Source: Microcoleus sp. (lineage in GTDB: Bacteria > Cyanobacteriota > Cyanobacteriia > Cyanobacteriales > Microcoleaceae). From it: DNA of 64,000 bases. Within the stretch, counting starts at the first letter, position 1, and the number at the start of each line of letters is the position of its first letter. The position numbers and the translations under genes are program-made. The notes under the pieces were generated by a model. It saw only the letters and a program-made list of their open reading frames with translations, ran no database searches and was not told where the DNA came from. Shown piece by piece: positions 11,101 through 21,219 of the stretch. The stretch lies in NCBI GenBank assembly GCA_052279835.1, contig CP181291.1, positions 4,800,001 to 4,864,000 of the forward strand, given 5' to 3'.

Positions 11101-12734
11101 GAAATATTTTCTAAACCCACCAGTCGCCGTCCAGCTTCGTTGACAAACAATGTTTGCCCTTCCAGGGTAGCCATGGCGATAAAATCGCTGCTATTTTCAA
11201 TGAGGGAAACAAATTTTTGGCGTTCTTCTTCTGCTCTTTTCCGTTCAGTAATGTCGCGTTTGACACAAACATGACAAATGACATCACCGCCATCATTAAT
11301 CACAGAATATGCAGCTACATCGATCGCCAAAGTTCTTCCATTTTTAGTTAAATTAGTAGTTTCACCCCTAAAACTTCCATTGTTACTTAAACTTTTGGCA
11401 ATTTCCCAAAATCGCTCCCCCGTAATCTGCCGAGGCGTTTCTGTTTCTAATTCGTCATCTGTATATTCTAGGAGAGATTGGTGAGCGCAATTTTGTTCGA
11501 TAAAAAACCCATCAGCATCAATAATCACGATCGCATCGTTGGAGTTTAAAAATATTTGTCGGTAAAGTTTGAGCTTTTCCTCATCCCGTTTGCGTTCAGT
11601 GATATCTCTGTTGACAGTCACGTAACAAACTACATGGTTAGCTTCATTTACCACAGAAAAAGCCGAAAGTTCTACCTCCACAATTCCCGCTTCCACAGTC
11701 TTAAAACAGGTAATTTCACCTCGATAGCTTCCGGTGAGAGCTAAGCTTTCGAGAATCGATGCAAAGGTGTCTTCTCCTAGGTGGACTGCGGGCGTTTCTC
11801 GTTCCAATGCTGATTCGCTGTAGCCCAGCAAAGCCGTGTGAGCTAGATTTCTTTCCCAATAATATCCTTGGGGGTCGATAATCGCGATCGCATCGTGGGA
11901 TTTTAAAAATATTTCTTGATAGAGTTGCAGCTTCAATTCAGCTTGTTTTCGTCCGCTCACATCCAGGAACAAACCGTAATAAAGCACAGCCCCAGACTGT
12001 TGCATTTCAGGATGTGCATCCCCTCGAATCCATTTAAGTTTTCCAGAGGGGGTGACAATTCTGCCTTCCCAGCGCCAAGGCTGCAAATTTTCAGCAGCCA
12101 GGAGTACAGAATTGACAAATTCATCTCGATCTTCAGGATGAATTAAGTCAACAATTATCTGAATATCTTGCTGAGCAGCAAGAGGTTCAATTTCATACAA
12201 GTCTAGACAACCTGCACTCAAAAAAGAGAAAGCCAGGGAGCCATCGGGATGCAAATCAACTTGATACACCGTACCTGGTATATTAGCCGTAATTTTTTGT
12301 AGTTGGGCTTGGCTTTCACGTCTAGCTCGCTCTGCTGTGGAGGATTCTGTAATCTGGCGAGAAAAACCCAAAATTGCGAATACATTTCCCGCAGCATCAT
12401 ACACAGGCAGTTTTTGGGTGTCAAAGATGTGATGTTTGCCGTTAGTAAAGGCGATAGGGCTGTCAGGATTGTGAATTTTCTCCCCAGCGAGTACGGCTCG
12501 CTCTTCTTCGCGCCAGCCTCTAATTCCGCCATCGCGATCGCCAAATACTACTGTTTCCGAAAATCCTAATTCTATATCATCTTTGCCAATAATTTCGGCA
12601 ACTTTTTTCCCTAAGTATTGAGCAAAACTTTGATTGACTAAAATGTATCTAAAATTTCGATCTTTTGCAAAAACTATGTCCGGGGTAGCGTCTATGAAAC
12701 TTCGCAGCAATAGTTGTTGATTTTCACAGGACAA
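8118..12734 (-). CDS. Multi-PAS/GAF hybrid histidine kinase with two receiver domains and HPt
   Basis: About five PAS/PAC modules, [19 protein letters not shown]-box, GGTGLGL G-box, LVDIQLP and LMDCQMP receivers, AHQIKG HPt; probably continues upstream through a frameshift. Confidence 0.93.
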   Translation of the reverse strand: MSCENQQLLLRSFIDATPDIVFAKDRNFRYILVNQSFAQYLGKKVAEIIGKDDIELGFSETVVFGDRDGGIRGWREEERAVLAGEKIHNPDSPIAFTNGKHHIFDTQKLPVYDAAGNVFAILGFSRQITESSTAERARRESQAQLQKITANIPGTVYQVDLHPDGSLAFSFLSAGCLDLYEIEPLAAQQDIQIIVDLIHPEDRDEFVNSVLLAAENLQPWRWEGRIVTPSGKLKWIRGDAHPEMQQSGAVLYYGLFLDVSGRKQAELKLQLYQEIFLKSHDAIAIIDPQGYYWERNLAHTALLGYSESALERETPAVHLGEDTFASILESLALTGSYRGEITCFKTVEAGIVEVELSAFSVVNEANHVVCYVTVNRDITERKRDEEKLKLYRQIFLNSNDAIVIIDADGFFIEQNCAHQSLLEYTDDELETETPRQITGERFWEIAKSLSNNGSFRGETTNLTKNGRTLAIDVAAYSVINDGGDVICHVCVKRDITERKRAEEERQKFVSLIENSSDFIAMATLEGQTLFVNEAGRRLVGLENISQALYTEIWDYIGVGFQQKFIQEILPKIRTQGQWQGEGILQHLHSGKRFDALMNVFLVKHPKNREPLCFATVIRDVTERKKAERMLRQQAEQERLVSAVAQRVRQSLNLTQTLNTAVQEIRQLLATDRTVIYRFESNKTGVVVVESVGDDWMPMLGRKLQDNCFGESYKAMYMAGKIQAIEDVYTAELSETHRAFLATLQVRANLVVPIFIADENQELTTQVFSKNPQTGLQEGILETSQNRLWGLLVAHQCSNCRAWTASEVDLLGRLSVQLAIAIQQSTLFEQAQQAREAALEASRMKSLFLANMSHEIRTPMNGVMGMTDLLLKTNLTPEQLDFMQTLKVSGQNLLSIINDILDLSKLEAGEMRLETIGFNVSICLEEVLELLATPAQQKDIELVALIDRDVPLQIKGDAVRLRQILTNLINNAIKFTEGGEVIIEVSISSQKGLLTTIIPQKTEERQPLVLGVEREQYLIFKIKDSGIGIYPEDQKKLFQSFTQVDASTTRKYGGTGLGLAICKQLVELSGGEIGVESTPGAGSTFWFSLPAIKEMVTPTATAAEVNLQKMLAGKKILVASDKSPVREMLRRMAVVWGMEVQEADSGWMAIASLYKAISQNSPIDIALVDIQLPEMVRGSLERLIISESAMQQTKWVVLTSVVQIEEAQRLLNAGFSGYLIKPVKTHRVLECLVKAIAPDAVVKEEEANSMATGTVDGELVAKQQELANLKILLVEDTPINQKVCLNQMRVLGGAADVANNGEEALSMVALQKYDIVLMDCQMPVLDGYEATARLRRLEAAAIGSGEMQPHQQTVVIAMTANALKGDREKCLAAGMDDYISKPISMEKLKAVLEKWSAQLRIKHQTSNIDNSPTSAKELKTEIKLDLESLVDVEHLHEITGADLEFEREILEAFVVDTSNYLESAKQALAAGNAEALGRYAHQIKGVSATAAVRLMPEIAAQLQHRAESQPEDVEGAASLIAELEVILAGFQKLSAVNGF

Positions 12735-13278
12735 ATCTAAGGGAAAATTCTGAGTCGCTGAGAAACTCTAGGTTTCGCTGTTTAGATAATAAATTTTCCC
12801 AGGCTTGGGAACAGATGTGAGCCGTCGTATGGAGCAAGCACAGGCTATCGAAATCAAAAACCTTCGCCGCCACTGCACCGATGAACAACACTCCCAAAAA
12901 TTCTGTGCTTTCATCGAGCATCACCGGAGCCATCAACACAGATTTCAACTCAACAATTGGGGGGTGTTCCAGATTGTGCGCCCAATCGCGATTTCCTCCC
13001 AGCCATTGAGTGCGAGCCTCCCGCAAGCGAGACTCAATTTCCGATGTTGTTGCTTCAGTTAACGGCGCTGAGTTTTGACAGTAGATGCGATCGTCCGAAT
13101 GGGTCAAAATAGCGATCGCTTCTGTGGGAATCAAGCGCCCTAGATATTCGATACCAGCAGACCAAATTTCCTCAGCACCGAAAGCTAATTGCACTTTAGC
13201 AGTCAGTTCCTTAAAAACTTGCACTTCCAAGGTACGCTGGCGGACTTTTGCTTTGAGGCTGGCGGCTAGGATTTGCAT
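12724..13278 (-). CDS. GAF-like domain ORF, probably the true N-terminus of the downstream kinase
   Basis: LKSVLMAPVM..FLGVLFIG GAF pattern; overlaps the kinase ORF by 11 nt. Confidence 0.6.
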   Translation of the reverse strand: MQILAASLKAKVRQRTLEVQVFKELTAKVQLAFGAEEIWSAGIEYLGRLIPTEAIAILTHSDDRIYCQNSAPLTEATTSEIESRLREARTQWLGGNRDWAHNLEHPPIVELKSVLMAPVMLDESTEFLGVLFIGAVAAKVFDFDSLCLLHTTAHICSQAWENLLSKQRNLEFLSDSEFSLRFVL

Positions 13279-13638
13279 AGTGCTGATTACACTGATTTGC
13301 TGATGTTATGTTGATTGATTATCAAATTTTTTTCAACAAAAATGGTTAAATATATTTGACAACAATACAAATTTTTGATACTTATCCTGCATTCTACCTT
13401 TAAAAAAAACAGTATAGCAAACCCCAAGGCAGTTAGGAGGTTTTGCAGTGCTCCAAGCATTGATGTTCTGGCATTTTCCTTCTAACTTATTTTTATCCTC
13501 AGCCAGTTGACCCCTAGGGAAGAGGAAGGGAGCCTTCTTGCTTCTTGCTTCAACATATGCGATCGTCCCACTCTAGCGGGAGCGAAGCAACAGCACAAAA
13601 CACCTGCTTCACTCCGGTGGCTGGGCGTGAGGACGAAA

Positions 13639-14040
13639 CTATCCCATTAAAATTACGGTATCTATGACGTGGATCACACCGTTATCAGCTTCGATATCGG
13701 CAGCGACAACAGTAGCATTTTTTACCTCAAAACCGTCTGAGCAATCAATTTTAATCGGTGAACCTTCCAGGGAAGTGACAGAACCGAGTTTTGCCAAATC
13801 AGCCTTCATAAACTTGCCAGAGACAACGTGAAACATCAGAATCCGGCTCAGTTGGGGAACGTTCTGTACTAAAGTGGTGATAGTTCCGGGCGGCAACTTG
13901 GCAAAGGCGTCGTCATTGGGTGCAAAAACAGTGAAAGGGCCCGGACTTTTGAGGGCGTCTACCAAATTAGCCACTTGCACCGCTGTTACCAGGGTTTGGA
14001 ACGAACCAGCACCTACAGCAATATCAACAATATCAGGCAT
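13639..14040 (-). CDS. Fasciclin (FAS1) domain protein
   Basis: [17 protein letters not shown] and [12 protein letters not shown] motifs. Confidence 0.93.
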   Translation of the reverse strand: MPDIVDIAVGAGSFQTLVTAVQVANLVDALKSPGPFTVFAPNDDAFAKLPPGTITTLVQNVPQLSRILMFHVVSGKFMKADLAKLGSVTSLEGSPIKIDCSDGFEVKNATVVAADIEADNGVIHVIDTVILMG

Positions 14041-14218
14041 TCAGTTTTACCTCATCTCATAAAATTTCTCCACTAAGTATCGTAAACTGATGTGGCAAAC
14101 AATACCTACTTTATTTGTGAAAAAATTGCTAATTGGGAAATTAATAAATATTATCCCTTCTTGTGAGTAGCTGAAATTAAATTACCCAATTTCCCATTGC
14201 CAATTCCCCAAACTAATA

Positions 14219-14240
14219 AGGGGCGCACTGCGCCCCCTAC
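14219..14240 (-). terminator. GC hairpin downstream of hsp20 (terminator or GTAG-REP-like)
   Basis: GGGGCGCA-C-TGCGCCCC inverted repeat about 30 nt after the hsp20 stop. Confidence 0.45.
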
Positions 14241-14267
14241 TAATTAACTAACTAAAGTGGTAAACAA

Positions 14268-14712
14268 TTATTTGCCACCGATTTGCACTTTCACTACGCG
14301 GTTCTTTTCCGCTTCGGCTTTGGGCAAATTCAGGCTCAAAACCCCATTTTTATTGAGCTTCTACGCTGTCATTTTGAATGCGGGTAGGTAGGGGAATTAC
14401 CCGGCGGAAAGAGCCGTAACGGAATTCAGAGCGAGTCATACCTTTTTCTGTTGTCTGAGTTTCTGATCGCCGTTCGCCGCTGATAGCAACCGCTTCTGCT
14501 GTGACTTGCACGTCCAAATCTTCAGCTTCCATACCCGGAATTTCTAACTTGAGATGGATGGCTTCGGGAGTGTCGTGCATTTCGGCAGGCGGGACAAAAG
14601 CCACACCGTTAGAAGATCGATCGACTGCTGGTGTCAAACTATCAAACAACCGATTCATTTCGCGCTGTAACGAGTCCATTTCCCGCAAAGGTTCCCAACG
14701 AATAAGTGTCAT
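14268..14712 (-). pseudogene. hspA: Small heat-shock protein Hsp20, frameshifted near 14350
   Basis: MTLIRWEPLREMDSLQREMNRLFD...SEFRYGSFRRVIPLP...VEAQ*; the missing tail (KNGVLSLNLPKAEAEKNRVVKVQIGGK*) continues in another frame to 14268. Confidence 0.85.
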
Positions 14713-14721
14713 AGTTGATAA

Positions 14722-14900
14722 CTGCTTTATGAAACTTACCTAAACTTATCTAAACTCATTTTTAGACACAATTCGAGTTCACTTCCTACGCTGTTGGGTA
14801 GACGGCTAATCCCAAGATAAGTAGGCTATCCCCCTCAAGCCGAGGGTTCCCAGTTTAAAATATTTAAACTTGCGTTAAAATCACGCTCCAAAGATATGCC
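14722..14900 (-). ncRNA. Putative omegaRNA (reRNA) scaffold of TnpB; boundaries approximate
   Basis: Inferred from position: overlaps the tnpB 3' end and extends to the putative right end. Confidence 0.5.
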
Positions 14901-15929
14901 ACAAGTCGGACAATCAAAAGTCCGAACCCTGAGTGGCATCTCTTTTTTTGTACCACAATTGGAACAAGTCTTAGTGCTAGGAAACCACTGGTCTACCAAC
15001 ACTAAATTCGCTCCATACATTTTTGACTTGTAGTCTAGTTGACGTTGGAATTCGTAAAATCCGAGTTCGGATATTGCTCCAGCTAATTTGTGATTCGCCA
15101 TCATTCCTTGAACATTCAAGTTTTCGATCTTAATTAACTTGAATGTCTTGGCTAAATAAGTGGTCAACTTGTGGAGGAAATCTAAGCGAATACGAGCTAT
15201 CCGAGCATGGAGCTGCCTAATCTTGTCGTAGGTCTTGCGCTGGTTTTGAGAACCTTTTACCTGTTTCGATGCTTGACGCTGCAAGGTAGCAAGCTTGGTT
15301 TTCGCACTGGCTTTCAACGGCTTTGGTGCATCAAAGGTCTGCTGGGTTGACAGCGTGGCAAAAGACTTGATACCGATATCTATGCCTACAGAACCTCCAG
15401 ACTCCTGAACAGGTAGACGTTCGGCATCAACACAGAACGAGACAAACCAACGACTTCCTTCTTTTGAAACCGTAAAAGTTTGAGAAATAAAACCACATTC
15501 TAATGGTTCAAAAAGCCGAAAAGTTCCCAGCGTAGGGATTTTAATGGTGCTACCAGCGACCAACAAAACTTTGCCGTTAGACGAATCGACTCTAAAGGAT
15601 TGACTGTCTCTGCGGCGGGCGAATCTTGGATGACCTGCTTTCCCAGAGCGATACCGATTGAAAGCATCTTTTAGATCGATTAACGCATTTTGGTAAACTC
15701 GACTAGATAACTGGTTCATCCAAGCAAATTCAGGCTTTTTCTTGACGTAGTTGGTGAGAACTTTCTTGATTTCGCCTATCACCTTCGAGTCGGTAAATTT
15801 CGCTTCGCTATACATTTGAGTCCGCAAGCTCAGCCCAAAGTTAAATACTACGCGCCGGAACCCTGCGTGTTTTGCCATCACGGTCGCTTCTGTGTTATTT
15901 AGTTTTAGCGCTCGTTTGACAGCAAACAT
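14835..15929 (-). CDS. tnpB: RNA-guided endonuclease TnpB
   Basis: RuvC-I GIDIG, RuvC-II IENLNV, zinc finger CSNC..CPTC, RuvC-III RDFNASLNI; all three acidic residues present. Confidence 0.95.
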   Translation of the reverse strand: MFAVKRALKLNNTEATVMAKHAGFRRVVFNFGLSLRTQMYSEAKFTDSKVIGEIKKVLTNYVKKKPEFAWMNQLSSRVYQNALIDLKDAFNRYRSGKAGHPRFARRRDSQSFRVDSSNGKVLLVAGSTIKIPTLGTFRLFEPLECGFISQTFTVSKEGSRWFVSFCVDAERLPVQESGGSVGIDIGIKSFATLSTQQTFDAPKPLKASAKTKLATLQRQASKQVKGSQNQRKTYDKIRQLHARIARIRLDFLHKLTTYLAKTFKLIKIENLNVQGMMANHKLAGAISELGFYEFQRQLDYKSKMYGANLVLVDQWFPSTKTCSNCGTKKEMPLRVRTFDCPTCGISLERDFNASLNILNWEPSA

Positions 15930-16094
15930 AGTTAAACTTTACTAGAATTTGTTGCTTGACTAAGTATAGCGGAATCCGCACAAGGATCTACACCGTCTAC
16001 AATATTCTTAACTTTTGCTTTGTATTTCCGCAGTCCGTAGAGTCGGGAAGAAAAACAGTCTTGATTCGGGTCTTTTACTCGCTATCTTGGTAAC

Positions 16095-16388
16095 TCACTG
16101 TCTTGTCCATCGCGAGTGTCCAAAAGAAGCGTAGGTATTAAACAAAGCACCCACTAAACCAAAAGTAGTGCCAATCACCAAAAACCCCTGGAGGGGACAA
16201 CCACTGCCAAAAGTAGCCAAAAACTGTAAAATCAGGTGTTCCCCAGAACGACCAACCCCTTGGAGAGCAGGCACCAGACCGATCAGCAAAAAGCTAGTCC
16301 ATCCCACGCCGATTAACAATAAAGGGGCGAAAAAGCTCAACAGGCTGCTCAGCAGTACGGAGCGAAGAAAATTTGGAAAAATGCTCAT
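16095..16388 (-). CDS. Small hypothetical membrane protein
   Basis: Two hydrophobic segments, QFLATFGSG motif; divergent from mlaE. Confidence 0.7.
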   Translation of the reverse strand: MSIFPNFLRSVLLSSLLSFFAPLLLIGVGWTSFLLIGLVPALQGVGRSGEHLILQFLATFGSGCPLQGFLVIGTTFGLVGALFNTYASFGHSRWTRQ

Positions 16389-16576
16389 AGGAGTCACTAA
16401 ATTCAGCTAAACTGCCGAAAGGTGTACAAGTCAACAAAACCTGTCTTTTTCCAAGATAGGTAGCGATCGCCCTTCGCGGCTAATTCCGTCAGAAATCTTA
16501 AATGTTAGAGAAGAAACTTGTTTAAGATTTGTAGATAGATTTCATTTTTTCCAGTAGTTATACAGTCCCAATCCCC

Positions 16577-17371
16577 GTGAGCCCTACTACATCTTCGAGT
16601 CTCACTTTATGGAGTCGGCGGTTACTAGCAGCAATTTTATTGGGAGGCCAAGTAATGCTGCACTTACTCACCCGCAAAATTAACCGTCGCAACACCCTGG
16701 ACCAAATGGCAGCAGTTGGCCCAGAATCCCTGTTGATTGCTTTGCTGACAGCGGGTTTTGTCGGCATGGTATTTACAGTCCAGGTAGCCAGAGAATTTAT
16801 TAGCCTCGGTGCCGGCAATGTCGTAGGCGGAGTGTTGGCCCTGTCTTTGACTCGCGAACTAGGCCCGGTTTTAACCGCCGTGATTGTCACCGGACGAGTC
16901 GGTTCGGCTTTTGCGGCGGAAATCGGCACAATGCAGGTAACAGAGCAGATAGACGCCCTGCTGATGCTCAGAACAGACCCGATCGACTATCTCGTAATTC
17001 CCCGCGTCATTGCTTGCTGCTTGATGCTACCAATTTTAACCATCTTGTCCCTCGTGACAGGCATCGCTGGGGGATTGCTGATTGCGACGACGATGTACGG
17101 AGTCTCTCAAACCGTGTTTCTAGAATCAGTCCGCAGTTTTCTGACACTGTGGGATATTAGCAGCGCCACCATTAAAGCTTTTGTCTTCGGTGCTTTGATT
17201 GCTGTGATCGGTACAAGCTGGGGTTTGACCACCACAGGTGGGGCCAAGGGAGTCGGCCAATCGACTACAACTGCCGTGGTGACAGCTTTGCTGGCTATTT
17301 TTATCTGTAATTTTTTGATGACTTGGGTGATGTTTCAGGGGACTGGTAGCAGCGTACTCAAAGGCCTTTAA
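16577..17371 (+). CDS. mlaE: MlaE/TGD1-family lipid ABC transporter permease
   Basis: RELGPVLTAVIVTGRVGSAFAAEIGTMQVTEQIDAL; GGAKGVGQSTTTAVV. Confidence 0.93.
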   Translation: MSPTTSSSLTLWSRRLLAAILLGGQVMLHLLTRKINRRNTLDQMAAVGPESLLIALLTAGFVGMVFTVQVAREFISLGAGNVVGGVLALSLTRELGPVLTAVIVTGRVGSAFAAEIGTMQVTEQIDALLMLRTDPIDYLVIPRVIACCLMLPILTILSLVTGIAGGLLIATTMYGVSQTVFLESVRSFLTLWDISSATIKAFVFGALIAVIGTSWGLTTTGGAKGVGQSTTTAVVTALLAIFICNFLMTWVMFQGTGSSVLKGL

Positions 17372-17397
17372 GCTGGGAAACTGTAAAATATAAATTA

Positions 17398-17817
17398 TTG
17401 ACAAAATTCGTTTGGCCCAAGCCCGTGAATACAACTGCCTCTTCTAGCACACCGACAAATACGATCGAACTTGAACCGAGTTATGCGATTCCCCTAGTCC
17501 TCGTGCTTGCCTCCGTACCGCTGCTGTTCGTGCAGAAGTGGGTGAGTTTGCCAATTTCGCTGTTCGGCTTGTTTTTGATGTATCAAGCTGCTACCATCCG
17601 TCTGCAATTCACCCCAACCAATTTGGACATTTATCGATCGCAAAAGTTAATTCGCCAGTTTCCTTACCGAGAATGGCAAAATTGGCGGATATTTTGGCCC
17701 GCAGTGCCAATTTTGTTTTACTTCAAAGAAATTAACAGTATTCACTTTCTGCCGGTTCTGTTCGATCGTAAAATGCTACAGACTTGCTTAGAACAGCGTT
17801 GTCCCCGTCAAGACTGA
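17398..17817 (+). CDS. DUF3119-family protein
   Basis: FPYREWQNWRIFW..PILFYFKEINSIHFLP; conserved position between mlaE and DUF3086. Confidence 0.8.
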   Translation: MTKFVWPKPVNTTASSSTPTNTIELEPSYAIPLVLVLASVPLLFVQKWVSLPISLFGLFLMYQAATIRLQFTPTNLDIYRSQKLIRQFPYREWQNWRIFWPAVPILFYFKEINSIHFLPVLFDRKMLQTCLEQRCPRQD

Positions 17818-17876
17818 AAAAGTTGTTAATTTTTAATTTTTAACTTTTCCGTGCCCCATGCTAAACAAAATTTCCC

Positions 17877-19226
17877 ATGAATTCAGACGAATCTCCAACC
17901 CAAGAACCACAAGCACCACCAGTCGTCCCGCCAACCGTTGAGAGCGAGTCTAATTTGCCCGTGCATCAGGATTTCGACCAACTCCCATCGCCCACAGACG
18001 ATTTACCAAGCGTTGAGATGGAGAAACCAGAACCCCTCGGCCAAATTGGGCCAGAAACAGACATCCAGTTAAGCGCGACAGATTCCGAAATCGCCCAATT
18101 CGTAGACCAAGCAAGTGCCCTCGCCCCAATTGCGCCTCCTACCGAGTTAAACCTGGGCCAGGAGGAGTCCCCCATCGCTCAAATCGAGTCGCAGAAAGAC
18201 TCTACCCCAACCCCCGTGGCAGAAATGGTCACAGAGAACCCAGAAAATGTTACCGAAAACTTGGCAGAGCGAGTCCAAACATTGCAACAACAAGCACAAG
18301 ATTTGACCGAGAAAATTGCTAAATTGGAATCGGAAAAAGTCCAAGCCAAACAAGTATTGGCTGAGGCTCAAGCATCGATGGGACGTTTGGTACAAGACAG
18401 CTTGATTCAATTAGAGCAGCGCAAACAAACGTTACAAATAGAAGTAGAAAAACTAGAACGTCGGCGCGATCGCATTCAAAAAGAAATGCGAACCACTTTC
18501 GCAGGTGTTTCCCAAGATTTAGCAATTCGAGTCCAGGGTTTCAAAGACTATCTAGTAGGCAGTTTGCAGGATTTAGCCGCCACCGCCGAACTCTTAGATT
18601 TGACACCCCCGGTGCCGGAAAAAACACAGCAATATACTGCGGAAGAATCTTCCTCCTCAGCACCGATCAATCCCAGATTTTCCGAACAGGGATTTCAAGA
18701 ACAGGCCAAGCAAATTCGTCGCACTCTCGATCAATATCGCACTCTCCCGGACTATTATGGCCCGCCTTGGCAACTCCGCCGCACCTTTGAACCCATCCAC
18801 GCCGAACGAGTTTCTAACTGGTTTTTTACCCAAGGAGGAAGGGGTGCTTTGCGGACAATGGGTTCGCGCTTGCAAAATATCCTGATTACTTCGACAATTA
18901 TTTCTGTGCTCACCAGCGTCTATGGTAGTCGGGTGCGGACTTTGGTACTGGCCAACAGTCCAGAACGTTTGGGAGAATGGCGCCGGGGTTTGCAAGATTG
19001 TTTGGGGATTACTCGCAGCGATTTTGGCCCGGAACGGGGGATTATTATGTTTGAGTCTGCGGAGGCTTTGGCTCAAAAAGCCGATCGCTTGGTGAAAGAT
19101 GGCAAATTACCGTTAATTGTGATTGATGAAACTGAGGATTTAATTAGTTTGTCTATGCTGCAATTTCCACTGTGGCTAGCCTTTGCTCCCGATCCCCAAA
19201 GTTTGATAGCTGCTAAGGATTTTTAA
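17877..19226 (+). CDS. DUF3086-domain coiled-coil protein
   Basis: EMRTTFAGVSQDLAIRVQGFKDYL, PDYYGPPWQLRRTFE; upstream of plsY. Confidence 0.85.
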   Translation: MNSDESPTQEPQAPPVVPPTVESESNLPVHQDFDQLPSPTDDLPSVEMEKPEPLGQIGPETDIQLSATDSEIAQFVDQASALAPIAPPTELNLGQEESPIAQIESQKDSTPTPVAEMVTENPENVTENLAERVQTLQQQAQDLTEKIAKLESEKVQAKQVLAEAQASMGRLVQDSLIQLEQRKQTLQIEVEKLERRRDRIQKEMRTTFAGVSQDLAIRVQGFKDYLVGSLQDLAATAELLDLTPPVPEKTQQYTAEESSSSAPINPRFSEQGFQEQAKQIRRTLDQYRTLPDYYGPPWQLRRTFEPIHAERVSNWFFTQGGRGALRTMGSRLQNILITSTIISVLTSVYGSRVRTLVLANSPERLGEWRRGLQDCLGITRSDFGPERGIIMFESAEALAQKADRLVKDGKLPLIVIDETEDLISLSMLQFPLWLAFAPDPQSLIAAKDF

Positions 19227-19314
19227 ATTGGTAATTGGTAATTGGTAATTGGTAATTGGTAATTGGTAATTGCTAATTGCTAATTGCTAATTGCTAATTG
19301 CTAATTGCTAATTG
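19226..19314. repeat. Heptamer tandem repeat (STRR-like): (AATTGGT)6(AATTGCT)6
   Basis: Units counted directly in the sequence. Confidence 0.95.
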
Positions 19315-19367
19315 TGGTAGGAGAAAGGTTCCAAATCTTAAAAGTACACGAAATCTAAAATCAAAAC

Positions 19368-20048
19368 ATGGCTAGCTGGATAATTTTAAATGGAGCATTG
19401 CTAATTTCCGCTTACTTCCTCGGTTCAATTCCGACTGGGTACGCCTTGGGTAAATGGATGCTGGGAATTGATATTCGAGAGGTTGGTTCGGGTTCGACTG
19501 GTGCGACAAATGTGCTGAGGACTTTGGGGAAGTGGCCGGGGTTGGGAGTCTTGTTGGTTGATGTGTTGAAGGGGGTAAGTGCGATCGCCCTTGTTCGTTA
19601 CATTTATGCTCTCAATTTTACCCAGCAGTTAGCCACCACCGCAGGTTTAGAAAATACTGCAACAGTCATCCCTTGGATGGTCACTTTAGCAGGCTTATTT
19701 GCTGTTTTAGGACACAGCAAATCGATTTGGCTGGGCTTTACAGGCGGTAAATCTGTGGCTACCAGTTTGGGAGTTTTATTAGGTTTATATTGGCCTGTGG
19801 GTTTGGGAACTTTGGGAGTTTTCGCCCTCGTTTTTGCAGTGTCTCGAATCGTCTCTTTGAGTTCAATTATGGGGGCAATTAGCGTGGCGGGATTGATGTT
19901 TGCTTTACATCAGCCGCTGGCTTATATATTGTTTGGAATTGCGGGTGGTGTATTTGTAATTGTGCGGCACCGGAGCAATATTCAGCGGTTGTTGAATGGT
20001 ACGGAACCTAAAATTGGGCAGAAATTGGAAACAGCAGCTAGCGATTAA
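19368..20048 (+). CDS. plsY: Glycerol-3-phosphate acyltransferase PlsY
   Basis: DIREVGSGSTGATNVLR, GGKSVATSLG, RHRSNIQRLLNGTE. Confidence 0.96.
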   Translation: MASWIILNGALLISAYFLGSIPTGYALGKWMLGIDIREVGSGSTGATNVLRTLGKWPGLGVLLVDVLKGVSAIALVRYIYALNFTQQLATTAGLENTATVIPWMVTLAGLFAVLGHSKSIWLGFTGGKSVATSLGVLLGLYWPVGLGTLGVFALVFAVSRIVSLSSIMGAISVAGLMFALHQPLAYILFGIAGGVFVIVRHRSNIQRLLNGTEPKIGQKLETAASD

Positions 20049-20256
20049 TCGGTAGTAAGCTGTTGTGCAAATAAACATTGTAGATTTTGATGACAATAAA
20101 AAATTGTCAAATTGTCTCCCCATCGGACCCTCAATTGCCATAGACAATCTATAGGAGCAACAGCTTATTGTTGTACCGCTGGTTGCAGATTACCATTTCT
20201 CTGACCAATGTTAGATTTAAGCTTTTTTCTGATGAAATTGCAGCACATCCTACAGC

Positions 20257-21054
20257 TTAGAATCCCTGAACTGAGATAATGCTGTTGAGAATGCTGTTTT
20301 GCAGTTGAGCAGGTGTTATACCCTCAACAAACCCGATGAAATCTCCTGAATTCCTGATTTTGATCGAAGTCCCTGAAGTCACAAGCGATATTGGTCTTAA
20401 TAAATCTGGACTGGCAAAAGATCCCGCAGCTTGGGGAAATTCCGCCTGTACTGTAATAGGCACATTTGTCAAGTTTTCCAACACTATATCATTCACAGTC
20501 AAACCGTCTGCTAATCCAATTTTATCGAAAGGTTGTCTGAAACCTACAATAAGATCGGCATTATTGATATCTGTAACTCCGGGTTCTGCTTGGAGGACGT
20601 ACAAATTATTGCCCCCGATTTTGAGTGAATTATTATCATCAAAAGCTGCTAAAAGGTCTCGACCCAAACCTCCCACTAAAGTGTCATTTCCGCTACCGCT
20701 AACTAAGAAATCATTGCCTTTACCGCCCAACAAAACATCGTTTCCACCGTAACCAAAAAGCACATCTCCATCTTGACCGCCGTTGATAGAGTCATTTCCC
20801 CCATCTCCAGCTATTGCGTCTTTCCCTTTTCCCCCGAATAAAGAATCGTTGCCAAAGTTCCCTCTGATAATATCTTCCCCCTCATTGCCAAATATCAAAT
20901 CGTTGTTTGTTGAGCCATCGACTGTATCGTCACCTCCCAGCAGAAAAACTCCCCCTGAAGAATTACCTAAACTTCCCACCCGTAAATCAGAGTATTCGGA
21001 CGTATTGTCGCCAAAGAAACGCGACGCTCCCGATGGGTCTGTTTGTAAAGCCAT
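20257..21054 (-). CDS. Hemolysin-type (RTX) calcium-binding protein
   Basis: About nine GGxGxDxL nonapeptides followed by an FRQPFDKIGL-type C-terminal region. Confidence 0.85.
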   Translation of the reverse strand: MALQTDPSGASRFFGDNTSEYSDLRVGSLGNSSGGVFLLGGDDTVDGSTNNDLIFGNEGEDIIRGNFGNDSLFGGKGKDAIAGDGGNDSINGGQDGDVLFGYGGNDVLLGGKGNDFLVSGSGNDTLVGGLGRDLLAAFDDNNSLKIGGNNLYVLQAEPGVTDINNADLIVGFRQPFDKIGLADGLTVNDIVLENLTNVPITVQAEFPQAAGSFASPDLLRPISLVTSGTSIKIRNSGDFIGFVEGITPAQLQNSILNSIISVQGF

Positions 21055-21125
21055 AAAATATTTGTCCCTAAAATTTCTGATGTCAACATGATTAAATAAG
21101 CCTCTTTCAAAGTCAATTCATATAT

Positions 21126-21176
21126 TCATAACTTTGAGTTCATAAAAGTCATAACTTTGAGTTCGTAAAAGTCATA
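21126..21176. repeat. 23-bp tandem direct repeat in a divergent promoter region
   Basis: TCATAACTTTGAGTTCATAAAAG / TCATAACTTTGAGTTCGTAAAAG / TCATA. Confidence 0.9.
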
Positions 21177-21219
21177 TTTGTGGTACGATAGACTTCAAAG
21201 AGTGTGGCGAGTCGAGGGA

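Larger units (their letters stand above)
14722..16000 (-). mobile_element. Non-autonomous tnpB-only element (IS607/IS200-IS605 superfamily); left end approximate
   Basis: tnpB ORF plus 3' region ending GTTTAGATAAGTTTAGGTAAGTTTCATAAAGCAG (10-bp periodic direct repeats typical of IS607-like ends); no adjacent tnpA. Confidence 0.7.

Noticed and set aside
13555..13640. Hammerhead ribozyme suggested by GTGAGGACGAAAC
   Set aside because: The CUGANGA core is absent before the GUCC strand (reads TATGCGATC) and no stems I/III are evident
14835..15929. Nuclease-dead TnpB regulator (TldR-like) or Cas12f
   Set aside because: All three RuvC acidic residues are intact and there is no CRISPR array
16024..16050. 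K-box-like heat-shock element upstream of tnpB/hsp20
   Set aside because: Only a partial match and in the opposite orientation
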